Program-made: the position numbers and the translations under genes
The notes under the pieces: generated by a model
The model's input: only the letters and a program-made list of their open reading frames with translations
The model's database searches: none
What the model was told of the DNA's origin: nothing
Assembly (NCBI GenBank): GCA_013288905.1
Contig: JABDAW010000001.1
Span: forward strand, 7,723-71,722
Direction of reading: 5' to 3'
DNA: 64,000 nucleotides
Source: Bacteroidota bacterium
GTDB taxonomy: Bacteria; Bacteroidota; Bacteroidia; AKYH767-A; JABDAW01
Shown: piece by piece, positions 37,301 through 46,032 of the stretch
Numbering within the stretch: position 1 is the first letter of the stretch
Layout of the letters: the number at the start of each line of letters is the position of its first letter

Positions 37301-37621
37301 ATGATAAAGACAAAAGTAATTATGAGTACTGTAGAAGATAAATGCAGATGTGGCAATAGGTTCAGTCACTGGAAAAAATTCGGGCATCAGGACATAAGAG
37401 GCTGTCCTGTAAAAGATTGCAAGGGAGTAGATCTGGCAGGCACATTTGTTCAAAAAGCAAATTCAGCAGATAAAAAAATTTATATTATTCCGTTGTGCAG
37501 CATTCATTCAAAAAGTATTGAAGTTTTAGAAGTTCTTGATTCCTGTAATTATGTAAGTTCAGATTTTGAACATACCTGCGGTACAGGTTCAGCAACTGTT
37601 GAAGAAGCTAAGATTCTTTAA
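37301..37621 (+). CDS. Small Cys/His-rich (probably zinc-binding) protein of unknown function.
   Basis: CRCGNRFSHW...GCPVKDC...DLAGTFV....KIYIIPLCSIHSK. The spacing resembles a treble-clef/HNH-like CxC...C..C...C..H arrangement. A terminator follows. Confidence 0.5.
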   Translation: MIKTKVIMSTVEDKCRCGNRFSHWKKFGHQDIRGCPVKDCKGVDLAGTFVQKANSADKKIYIIPLCSIHSKSIEVLEVLDSCNYVSSDFEHTCGTGSATVEEAKIL

Positions 37622-37644
37622 GAATTATTTGCCCGAGAAAATAA

Positions 37645-37678
37645 AAAATCCTCATAATGAAAGTTGTGGGGATTTTTC
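37645..37678 (+). terminator. Rho-independent terminator.
   Basis: Stem aaaatcctca / tggggatttt (one G-U pair) with a 12-nt loop and a trailing T run, 24 bp after the stop. Confidence 0.55.
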
Positions 37679-37829
37679 TGATGTAAAGTATTGATGTAAA
37701 AAAATGGACGTGTTAGCTTTATTGTCAATTATTAAATGACATGAGTTTCGGAAAAACTACCACAAAACAAGAGTTAAGGAAAGTAAACTATTGTTGAAAA
37801 CTTTATTTGGAAGTTTCAAATCCTTTTTA

Positions 37830-37837
37830 TAGTTTTG
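37830..37837 (+). promoter_or_regulatory. Candidate -7 box TAGTTTTG.
   Basis: Exact TAnnTTTG, 24 bp upstream of the ATG at 37861. Confidence 0.4.
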
Positions 37838-37860
37838 CATCGTTATCAAAATAATAAACT

Positions 37861-39057
37861 ATGAAAACATTTTATCAATTAGTAATAATCCTAATTTTGA
37901 GTTTAGGATTCTATTCATCAACCAAGGCACAAATACCTCCATCACAAGATCCTAATTGGATCTTAAATGTAGCTCAAAGCGATGAATTTAATGGTACCGT
38001 AATTGATCAAACAAAATGGTGTATAATGCAAGATGCATATTGTGAACAGACTGTTTTACCTTGTGATCAAGGTCATTACGAACGCTGGGGAGGTAGTTCA
38101 ATAATGATGTTAAATAATGTAAGTGTTAGTAATGGTATATGCTCATTAAGAGTTGATAATATGAATCCATATACTTATAATACTTGTTATCAACACCAAA
38201 ATTGGGTTTCTGACGGCATTGCTACTGGTGGAATTATGTCACAAAATTCTAATTATTCTTATGGATATTTAGAAATATCTGCACTATTACCAGGATGTGG
38301 TACGAATGGAATTGCTTATGCTGAAAGATTCTGGCCAGCATTTTGGGCAGCATATACTTGTAATGGAGATCCTAATGGTGATTGTAGAACTGGTAATTGT
38401 AGAACTATACATAATGAAATTGATATTTTAGAACCAAGTGGTACTCTATATCAAGGATATAATAATTATGTTGATTTGCAACATCAATATTGTGCTCCTG
38501 ATTCATTTCCTAATAATGCACCTGCTTATAATTGCTGTAATTTTAATGGAACTGTACCACCTAATACTCATTTTACTAGTCCTACTCCTCTTTGTGATGC
38601 ATTTCATAAGTATGCTGTTGAATGGTTTCCAAATAGAATCGTATTTTATTTTGATGACGTTCCATTCTATATTCAATATAATAGTTCTACTTTTACGATG
38701 CACCCACTACAGATATTTATTGATCAACAAATTCAGTCTTCAGCTGCTAATGGTGGTATTGATTTTAATCCTAATCTAACATTTCCACAATTTATGCAAG
38801 TTGATTATTTTCATTATTATCAACTAATTTTTGATTGCTCTAATAGTATTACTCTTTTATCTAATACAGATGTTGCTAATTTTTTTACAGCACCAGTAGT
38901 TAAATATGATATAACACTTGGAGATAATGCAAATTCTATATCTTTAAATGTTGGTGATAATGATGTTTTCAGGGCTGAAAACACCATTACAGTTAATGGT
39001 AGTTTGACTGTACCCTTAGGAGCTAAATTACTTCTTTTACCCACACCTTGCTTTTAA
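37861..39057 (+). CDS. Secreted glycoside hydrolase family 16 (laminarinase-like) protein.
   Basis: Signal peptide, the catalytic motif HNEIDILE (GH16 ExDxxE), and the flanking W/F-rich beta-jelly-roll pattern (FWPAFWA, HKYAVEW.PNRIVFYFD). Confidence 0.75.
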   Translation: MKTFYQLVIILILSLGFYSSTKAQIPPSQDPNWILNVAQSDEFNGTVIDQTKWCIMQDAYCEQTVLPCDQGHYERWGGSSIMMLNNVSVSNGICSLRVDNMNPYTYNTCYQHQNWVSDGIATGGIMSQNSNYSYGYLEISALLPGCGTNGIAYAERFWPAFWAAYTCNGDPNGDCRTGNCRTIHNEIDILEPSGTLYQGYNNYVDLQHQYCAPDSFPNNAPAYNCCNFNGTVPPNTHFTSPTPLCDAFHKYAVEWFPNRIVFYFDDVPFYIQYNSSTFTMHPLQIFIDQQIQSSAANGGIDFNPNLTFPQFMQVDYFHYYQLIFDCSNSITLLSNTDVANFFTAPVVKYDITLGDNANSISLNVGDNDVFRAENTITVNGSLTVPLGAKLLLLPTPCF

Positions 39058-39084
39058 TCAATTAATAATATAATTAATAATAAA

Positions 39085-40251
39085 ATGAAAAAAAATAAAA
39101 TTATTCCGATATTAGTATTTATGCTAATATCCTTAGCTGTAAATGCACAGGTAAATGTTTTCCCAACCGGACAAGTTTCTTTTGGTACTTTATTGCCCCC
39201 GGCATGGCCATGCTCCTTTCAATTTATGGGAGGAGGAACGGTCTTTTCTGCTACACCTGTTCCGCTTGCGACAGGCTCATCGCCATACATTAGACCGCAA
39301 AGTACTTTTTCAACTTCTGGTAATCCAGATTATACTTGGTATTTTGATGATTGGACAGGGATGTTTCATCCAGCACAAAATACAATAGCATTTTCAAATG
39401 GTGGTACCGAAAGCATGAGAATTTTAAATACAAGTCATATCCTTATGGGTACTTTATTTGATGCTGGTTATCAATTAAATGTTGATGGAGGAAATAAAAA
39501 TAATGGTATTAATTGTTCTGTTGAACAAACTACAGATTATGGATTTGCTATGACTTCAAGCGTTACGAGACCCCTTTCAAAAATTTTTGGTGGTTTTTTG
39601 AGTAGTAGTGGGGAGGTTTTTAATATTTATGGTACAGGAGATGTTTGGTGTTTGGGAGCTTATACTCAAGGTAGTGATATTTCTCTTAAAGAAAATATTA
39701 AACCCATTAATAATGCATTGTCAAAAGTTTTATCCTTACAAGGATGCAACTATAATTTCAAAAAGGAAGTTTATGAAAACAAGAATGACACAAGTTCAAA
39801 TAAACCAAATTATAATAACAAAACTCAGATAGGGCTTATAGCTCAAGATGTTGAAAAGATTGTTCCAGAAGTCGTCAGCACTAATGAGAAAGGTCTTAAA
39901 GGAATTGCATATCCTAATTTAGTTCCATTATTAATTGAGGCAATAAAAGAACAAAACGTTCAGATTGAAAAACTTAAAAGTGATTTAGACCAATGTTGTA
40001 CTGTTATGAATACTTCAAATATTAATGGTATTAATAATAATAAAATTAGTTCTTCTGACCCAGATAAAGTTATTGCCGCGAATCCAAATAGCAGTTATCT
40101 TTTCCAAAATACACCGAATCCTTTCAATCAAAAAACAATAATTACATATTACATTGCTGGAAATAACAATAATACAAAAATATTGGTTTTTGATATGCAA
40201 GGTCAATTCATAAAAGACTTACATAATTTACAGAAAAATGTTTTTACTTAA
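39085..40251 (+). CDS. Tail-fibre-like protein with a peptidase S74 intramolecular-chaperone domain and a truncated T9SS C-terminal domain.
   Basis: GSDISLKENIKPINNALSKVLSLQGCNYNFK...QIGLIAQDVEKIVPEVV...GIAYPNLVPLLIEAIKEQNVQIEKLKSDL is the S74 chaperone signature. The tail NTPNPFNQKTIITYYI...ILVFDMQGQFI begins a T9SS CTD but stops early. Confidence 0.7.
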   Translation: MKKNKIIPILVFMLISLAVNAQVNVFPTGQVSFGTLLPPAWPCSFQFMGGGTVFSATPVPLATGSSPYIRPQSTFSTSGNPDYTWYFDDWTGMFHPAQNTIAFSNGGTESMRILNTSHILMGTLFDAGYQLNVDGGNKNNGINCSVEQTTDYGFAMTSSVTRPLSKIFGGFLSSSGEVFNIYGTGDVWCLGAYTQGSDISLKENIKPINNALSKVLSLQGCNYNFKKEVYENKNDTSSNKPNYNNKTQIGLIAQDVEKIVPEVVSTNEKGLKGIAYPNLVPLLIEAIKEQNVQIEKLKSDLDQCCTVMNTSNINGINNNKISSSDPDKVIAANPNSSYLFQNTPNPFNQKTIITYYIAGNNNNTKILVFDMQGQFIKDLHNLQKNVFT

Positions 40252-40490
40252 ATCGTTTATTTCAACGACTTTGGCTGCAAAATCTGGACTTCATCGTTTT
40301 CTCTTACCCCGGCAGATAAAAAAAGTTGAATCCTAGGAGAATCGCAAAGATCAAAAGCATCACATAAAGGGATGTGCGAGTAGAGGGATTTTGGTTTAGC
40401 ATGGATTCGAATTTATTTCTAAGGTTACAAAAGTAGTTCTTTAAAAATAAATCGATAAATTCTTTAATGAGTATAATCTGTTATAAAGTT

Positions 40491-41912
40491 TTACTCCTTT
40501 ATAAATTTCCCTTGAACAGTTTCATGATCGTTTATTATTTTATAAAAATAAACTCCGACACTCCACTTGGAAATATCAATTTTGGAATCATTGTTCAACA
40601 GATTTACTTTATAAGTTTCTCTTCCATAAACATCCGTAATAGTCAGATTAGAATTAATAGCGTTAATGGATTGATGAATGGTGATATTATTTGTTGTTGG
40701 ATTGGGAAAAACATAAAAGTCGTTTGTCGGCAAAGAGATATTTTCTTCTCCTGTCATATAAGAATCTGAATTTAATGTTCCATAAGTAATCCCATTTAAT
40801 TTGCATCCTACCAATGCACTATCATAGGAAACACTATTTGGTGGGCTCCAAGTAATGGTGTAGGAATCTATCAAACCTCTATTTGTTGCATATTTTTCTG
40901 AATGATGATTATATTCAGGAGTAATTCCTATGGTGTCACTTGTATATGGTCCTGGGCAATATTCACCAATAAAACCTTTGCCATTTTCAATAAAAATTGT
41001 ATCGTTATATAAATACATCTTTTGGCAATTACTTTCTTGTTCATGGTTGTAATAATACAAATATGGAAGTTGATGATTTATGAATCTTAAAGTTGATGAA
41101 TAATTACTATAAACAATATTATAAGGATAACCATATACAGTCCATAAAGTCGCTTTTTCTAAGACAGAAATTCCATAAGAAATAGTATCTAAGGATATTG
41201 TTTTTGATTGAATCGTAAATTTATAATCCCACCATTCTTGAAAAGTAGAATAAACAGTTTGAGTACTTTGACTAAATGTTTCAACGTACTCAAAAATATC
41301 TCCTACATTGAAATTGTATATATCATTAAACGAGGGTAATTGCAACCCGACATTAGGTCCTTCTACTCCAACTAATTTATATTTTTCAGGATTAAGATAG
41401 GAAGTTGAAAATTGAATTAATCCATAATCCTGACTAAGCAAAATAGTGTCTGAACTTGATAAAACAATAATCTTTACTGAATCATTATTTCCCAAGACAG
41501 AAATATATTCAACACTCATTAATTGAGCTGTAACATTATGCGCAATATCAAACATCCAATTATCTCCAACGGATGAAAATGGTTTGATTAAAAATGATGA
41601 TGTATCCAGAAAAATAATATCTCCGTTATTTTTTTTAATCATTGTTCTTTGAAGGAATTGTGGCATATTAATAACCACTTCGTTATAGCTAATTTGAACC
41701 ACGATTCTATTCAAATAATAAATAGAATCAAAACCTGAAACCCCTGTGGAATCAACATGAATAGTAACTGTGCTATCATAACCATTACCATTGGGAGAAT
41801 AATTATATTTGTATGAAGGATTAACAGGTAGCCAATTCTGGGAATAAGAATTCAGACAAGCAAATGATAATAATATTTGACAGGCAAGGAGGATCATTAT
41901 TGATTTTTTCAT
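40491..41912 (-). CDS. T9SS-sorted secreted protein of unknown function.
   Basis: Signal peptide MKKSIMILLACQILLSFACLNSYSQ. The C-terminus FYVFPNPTTNNITIHQS...LTITDVYGRETYKVNLL....IDISKWSVGVYFYKII....VQGKFIKE is a type-A T9SS sorting domain. Confidence 0.75.
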   Translation of the reverse strand: MKKSIMILLACQILLSFACLNSYSQNWLPVNPSYKYNYSPNGNGYDSTVTIHVDSTGVSGFDSIYYLNRIVVQISYNEVVINMPQFLQRTMIKKNNGDIIFLDTSSFLIKPFSSVGDNWMFDIAHNVTAQLMSVEYISVLGNNDSVKIIVLSSSDTILLSQDYGLIQFSTSYLNPEKYKLVGVEGPNVGLQLPSFNDIYNFNVGDIFEYVETFSQSTQTVYSTFQEWWDYKFTIQSKTISLDTISYGISVLEKATLWTVYGYPYNIVYSNYSSTLRFINHQLPYLYYYNHEQESNCQKMYLYNDTIFIENGKGFIGEYCPGPYTSDTIGITPEYNHHSEKYATNRGLIDSYTITWSPPNSVSYDSALVGCKLNGITYGTLNSDSYMTGEENISLPTNDFYVFPNPTTNNITIHQSINAINSNLTITDVYGRETYKVNLLNNDSKIDISKWSVGVYFYKIINDHETVQGKFIKE

Positions 41913-41936
41913 CGTCTATAATTTTTTATTTCGATG

Positions 41937-41944
41937 CAAAGATA
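41937..41944 (-). promoter_or_regulatory. Candidate -7 box TATCTTTG (minus strand).
   Basis: Exact TAnnTTTG, 25 bp upstream of the ATG at 41912. Confidence 0.4.
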
Positions 41945-42084
41945 AATAAATTTTGCATTAATGAATAAAAGAAATCTTCTGATTTCGTGATATTCAAATT
42001 CTTTTCCAGCATGAAAAGCTTTCCAAAATTTATAGAAAAGCTGTTCATATTTATTCACTGTAATATTTGTAGTTTTCCGCCCTG

Positions 42085-43503
42085 ATGAAAGAATTAAAAG
42101 GCATAATAGGAAATAAGAAAATAGTAACTGCGTGGACGTTTTATGATTGGGCAAATTCTGCTTATTCGCTTACCATAACTTCTGCAATATTTCCAATCTA
42201 TTTCACTGCCGTAACAGCTTTGAATGGCACGAAGGACACCATGTTTCTTGGTCATACCATCAATGCTGATTCATTACAGACGTATGCTATTTCGATTGCA
42301 TTCTTAGTAATCGCTGCTATCAATCCACTCCTTTCTTCTATTGCCGATTACAGTGGAAATAAGAAACGGTTCATGTATTTCTTCAGCACTCTGGGTGCTA
42401 TTTCCTGTGCTATGCTTTACTTTTTCAGAGGACCCGAAACCATTGGTATTGGTGTGTTTGGTTCTATGTTTGCTGCTATCGGTTATGCTGGTAGCATTGT
42501 GTTTTATAATGCCTTCTTACCAGAAATTGCAAAGCCGGAAGATCAGGACAGAGTTAGTGCTCGAGGATTCGCGATGGGATATATCGGTAGCTCGATTCTT
42601 CTTATTTTTAATCTGTTCATGATTCAGTTTCCTCAATATTTCTTCGATGTGACAGGCAAGATGAATGACCTCTTAGCCCTTACTCCCACGCTAAATCACG
42701 ATGAAGCATTCAAACTTGCCAAGGAAAGCTTTTCCGGTCAGGCATCTCGCATTTCCTTTCTTACGGTGGGTATATGGTGGTTTGCTTTTGCGCAATATAC
42801 TTTTACTTATTTGCCTCATAATGTTTTTAATCTTAAGCCTCCTTCGGGGAAGTATTTTTTCAATGGTTATTTGGAATTAAAAAAGGTTTGGAAGGAACTG
42901 CGACATACCACAAGATTGAAAAGATTTCTCCTTTCCTTTTTCTTCTATAATATGGCTTGCCAAACCGTTATGTATGTGGCGACTCTCTTTGGTAACAGTG
43001 AGTTGCACTTAGATACTTCAGTGCTCATAGCCATCATTCTTATCATTCAATTTGTAGCAATTGGAGGCGCCTATCTTTTCTCATTTCTTTCAAAGAAATT
43101 TGGAAATATCAATGCGCTTGCCATAGCTATATTCGTATGGATGTTAGTGGCATTGGGAGCTTATTTTGATGATAAAAAATTCGGTGTCAACGAACAAAAT
43201 GTATTCATCATTCTTGGTGCAGTAACCGGCTTGGTGATGGGCGGTATTCAATCGTTATCACGTTCTACTTATTCCAAACTATTGCCCGAAACCATTGACC
43301 ACGCCTCGTTTTTCAGCTTCTATGATGTCTGCGATAAAACCGGAACTGTCATAGGAACATTTGCATTCGGGCTGATAAACCAGGTAACAGGAAGCATGCG
43401 CAATTCAATATTAGTCCTTCTTGCCTTCTTTGTTATCGGGTTAATTTTGTTACTTCGCATTCCAGTTAGAAAGAAAGTTTTGCTTGGAGAATTAAATTCA
43501 TAA
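42085..43503 (+). CDS. MFS transporter, UMF1/Atg22-like family.
   Basis: The opening WTFYDWANSAYSLTITSAIFPIYF is characteristic of UMF1. About 12 TM segments. Confidence 0.75.
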   Translation: MKELKGIIGNKKIVTAWTFYDWANSAYSLTITSAIFPIYFTAVTALNGTKDTMFLGHTINADSLQTYAISIAFLVIAAINPLLSSIADYSGNKKRFMYFFSTLGAISCAMLYFFRGPETIGIGVFGSMFAAIGYAGSIVFYNAFLPEIAKPEDQDRVSARGFAMGYIGSSILLIFNLFMIQFPQYFFDVTGKMNDLLALTPTLNHDEAFKLAKESFSGQASRISFLTVGIWWFAFAQYTFTYLPHNVFNLKPPSGKYFFNGYLELKKVWKELRHTTRLKRFLLSFFFYNMACQTVMYVATLFGNSELHLDTSVLIAIILIIQFVAIGGAYLFSFLSKKFGNINALAIAIFVWMLVALGAYFDDKKFGVNEQNVFIILGAVTGLVMGGIQSLSRSTYSKLLPETIDHASFFSFYDVCDKTGTVIGTFAFGLINQVTGSMRNSILVLLAFFVIGLILLLRIPVRKKVLLGELNS

Positions 43504-43520
43504 ATCGTAAATAAAAAGAG

Positions 43521-44240
43521 ATGTTAATAGATATATTTATACCCTGTTTCATTGATCAGGTTTATCCTGAAACTGCCAATAACATGGTGAAGGTTTTGGA
43601 GAAAGTTGGATGTGATGTTCACTATAATGTTGAACAAACTTGTTGTGGTCAACCTGCCTTCAATGGCGGCTTCTGGGATGATTGCAAGGAAGTCGGTCAG
43701 AAGTTTATCAAGGACTTTTCCAATGACAGATACATCGTCAGCCCGTCTGCTTCTTGTGTCGGAATGGTGAGGAATTATTATGGAGAATTATTCCATAATT
43801 CCGCTCTTCATAATGAATTCAAACAGGTTCAAAAGAACATTTATGAGCTGAGTGATTTCTTGGTAAACGTAATGCACGTTACTGATTTAGGGGCTAAGTT
43901 GGAAGGTGTCGCTACTTACCATGATTCTTGTGCAGCTCTAAGAGAATTAAAAATTAAATCAGAGCCAAGAATTTTATTAAGCAAAGTAAAAGGTTTGGAA
44001 TTAAGGGAGATGAAAGACACCGAAACCTGCTGTGGATTCGGCGGAACCTTCTCTGTAAAGTATGAAGCCATAGCAGTCTCGATGGCGGATAACAAAGTAG
44101 AAAACGCATTGGCTACCGAATCAGAATACCTCATCTCAACAGATCAAAGCTGCCTCATGCATCTCGAAGGTTTCATCAAGAAACAAGGCAAACCATTGAA
44201 GGTAATGCACCTTGCCGATGTGCTTGCTTCGGGGTGGTAA
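43521..44240 (+). CDS. lutA: (Fe-S)-binding CCG-domain protein, LutA/YkgE-like.
   Basis: IFIPCFIDQVYPE...TCCGQPAFNGG...HDSCAALRELK...ETCCGFGGTF. Two CCG motifs, as in LutA. Confidence 0.7.
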   Translation: MLIDIFIPCFIDQVYPETANNMVKVLEKVGCDVHYNVEQTCCGQPAFNGGFWDDCKEVGQKFIKDFSNDRYIVSPSASCVGMVRNYYGELFHNSALHNEFKQVQKNIYELSDFLVNVMHVTDLGAKLEGVATYHDSCAALRELKIKSEPRILLSKVKGLELREMKDTETCCGFGGTFSVKYEAIAVSMADNKVENALATESEYLISTDQSCLMHLEGFIKKQGKPLKVMHLADVLASGW

Positions 44241-44261
44241 ACAAAAGTTTCATTCATAAGA

Positions 44262-44290
44262 AAAGCGACTTTAGTAAGCCGCTTTTTTTA
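44262..44290 (+). terminator. Rho-independent terminator.
   Basis: Stem aagcgac/gccgctt (one mismatch) followed by T7, 22 bp after the stop of the lutA-like gene. Confidence 0.6.
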
Positions 44291-44562
44291 TAAATTATTA
44301 GAATGAAATCAATCCTTAGGAGGAATGATCTTTTTAGTTATCGATTTTACTCCTTCGTATAAATCTCTATCTCCCATTCCCCATTGAGATTCAAGTCAAG
44401 GTTAGTAGTATTCAGGAATTGTTTGCCTAAAAAACTTTTGATTAGGTTTAATTATTAAATTATCGTATTAGTTATTTTAATTGTTGATATAGAATTAGAA
44501 TTATAAGCAGTAGTGAAAAAGTTAATATTGTTGGAAAATTTTCCAAACACATCCGCCAATCG

Positions 44563-45090
44563 GAATAAAAATGTTAAAATTGGGGTGTTTTTTCTGGGGA
44601 AATGGGTGGGTAGAAAAGGCAGAAAAAGTGTTAACATTTAACATAATATTTTAGAGATTGCTTGATAATGAGCAAGATCCACCACAAAGGTGGATAGTAT
44701 TGGGGGACAGGAGCATAGTTTTGAGGATTAAATGGATGGTTTTAACGAACAGATGGAGGGTATTGGCGATTGGGAGCAAAAAGTGGGTTTTTGGGTGTGG
44801 TGGAGGGTGGGGCGGGACTGACATTCTGTCAGTGAGGTGGGGTAAATGGTGCATTAATGGCAGGAATGAAGGGTTTGAGGGGAGTATTTTGGGGAACAGG
44901 GGGTAAAAAATCTCATTAAGATGAAGGTTTTTTTGGATGGGGTGGAGGATATTGTGGATGAGATGGAATGTGTTAAAATTGGGATGCAGGGTTTGGGGAA
45001 TCGGGTGGAGGGTTTTGGGAATATGAGGAGGGATTTTGGGGATTTGGGAAGGGGTTGTTTTATTTGGGTGGAGGTTCAGAAAAAGAGTGG
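44563..45090. repeat. Degenerate, strand-asymmetric G-rich 21-bp array (~25 units, consensus about GGTGGAGGGTWTTGGGGAWWW).
   Basis: ggtgga falls at 44689, 44941, 45004 and 45067, and gatgga at 44752 and 44962 (all differences are multiples of 21). gttaaaattgg falls at 44573 and 44972 (399 = 19 x 21). Confidence 0.8.
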
Positions 45091-45459
45091 GAATGGGAAA
45101 AATAGGAACGCAGATAAAAATGATTGCTTATGACAAGGTATGATTTTTATGCACCCGCATACATACTTTCAAGATAATGAACCGTATCCCCGGACATATA
45201 CACATAATCCTCCAGCATATATTTATGTGCAAAAGCATCCTGACAGCTGCCACCTGCTGCTGTAAGATTCAGAAAAAGAGTGGGAATGGGAAAAATAGGA
45301 ACGCAGATAAAAATGATTGCTTATGACAAGGTATGATTTTTATGCACCCGCATACATATTTTCAAGATAATGAACCGTATCCCCCGACATATACACATAA
45401 TCTTCCACCATATATTCTTGCGCATAAGCATCCTGACATCTGCCCCCTGCTGCTGTAAG
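45075..45459. repeat. Tandem duplication, 2 x 193 bp.
   Basis: ttcagaaaaagagtgggaatggg... starts at 45075 and 45268. The first ~90 bp of each copy are identical. The substitutions cluster in the part that is coding on the minus strand. Confidence 0.9.
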
Positions 45460-45489
45460 GTTGCCATTGTATTTTATTAGGAATTTCAT
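45340..45489 (-). CDS. Unannotated 49-codon ORF (MKFLIKYNGNLTAAGGRCQDAYAQEYMVEDYVYMSGDTVHYLENMYAGA).
   Basis: My own translation. It is below the track length cut-off. A start-less variant copy of codons 11-49 lies at 45147-45266, with both synonymous and non-synonymous differences. Whether it is expressed is unknown. Confidence 0.35.
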   Translation of the reverse strand: MKFLIKYNGNLTAAGGRCQDAYAQEYMVEDYVYMSGDTVHYLENMYAGA

Positions 45490-45562
45490 ATTTAAATTTG
45501 ATATATATTGATAAAGTAACGGGGCAACCTTACAGCAGCAGGGGGCAGCTGTCAGGATGCTT
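45426..45562. repeat. 40-bp inverted repeat (1 mismatch) flanking a 57-bp AT-rich spacer.
   Basis: aagcatcctgaca(t)ctgccccctgctgctgtaaggttgcc at 45426-45465 matches its reverse complement at 45523-45562. The spacer holds the ATG of the 49-codon ORF. Confidence 0.9.
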
Positions 45563-45580
45563 GGTCAATATGGTTTATCG

Positions 45581-46009
45581 TCATCTCTTACTTTCCAATT
45601 GTTCTTCTTCCAGTTTAATAACTCCTACTAATGTTTTCACTAAAATTATTTCAACTATTAAAAACACAATTGGAATAATCAATATCACATTGATGTTTCC
45701 CTGAACTATCTGAAGAATGATAGTTTGAATTTCTATCAATGCCCTTACGATGGTTAATATTGTCAAGGCTTCGGGAGCGCCTTTAATGATGGTTACAAAG
45801 GCTAATGCCAAACCAATAGCAAGGTTTCTGGCAGCAAATTCATAATTTGCATTTTTGATAATGGCATTAGTAAGGTCAAGACCCGCTCCATCTTTGAAGA
45901 GCAATGAAATATCAAAATAACCCACTACCGCAAAAGCAATGTTTACTAATGCTAAAATCCCTACTGCTGTTCGTACCCATTTTGGTATATTGTCTTTGTG
46001 ATTGCTCAT
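45581..46009 (-). CDS. Small integral membrane protein (about 4 TM), unknown function.
   Basis: 142 aa with hydrophobic segments VRTAVGILALVNIAFAVVGYF, LAIGLALAFVTII, LTILTIVRALIEIQTIILQIV and VILIIPIVFLIVEIILV. Confidence 0.6.
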   Translation of the reverse strand: MSNHKDNIPKWVRTAVGILALVNIAFAVVGYFDISLLFKDGAGLDLTNAIIKNANYEFAARNLAIGLALAFVTIIKGAPEALTILTIVRALIEIQTIILQIVQGNINVILIIPIVFLIVEIILVKTLVGVIKLEEEQLESKR

Positions 46010-46032
46010 ATATTTATTAATTTTATCATCAT

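Noticed and set aside
40304-40402. 32-codon minus-strand ORF (MLNQNPSTRTSLYVMLLIFAILLGFNFFYLPG).
   Set aside because: It is a plausible single-TM micro-protein, but there is no promoter motif, conservation or partner evidence available from the sequence alone.
39085-41912. Possible prophage because of the tail-fibre S74 domain.
   Set aside because: There are no capsid, terminase, portal, integrase or lysis genes nearby. The neighbours are a GH16 and a T9SS cargo protein, so this is more likely a domesticated fibre-like surface protein.
44455-45133. ORFs 44455..44637 (-), 44651..44854 (-), 44658..44906 (+) and 44921..45133 (+).
   Set aside because: They overlap each other on both strands inside the G-rich 21-bp array. 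Their Gly/Trp/Pro-rich low-complexity products reflect the base skew.
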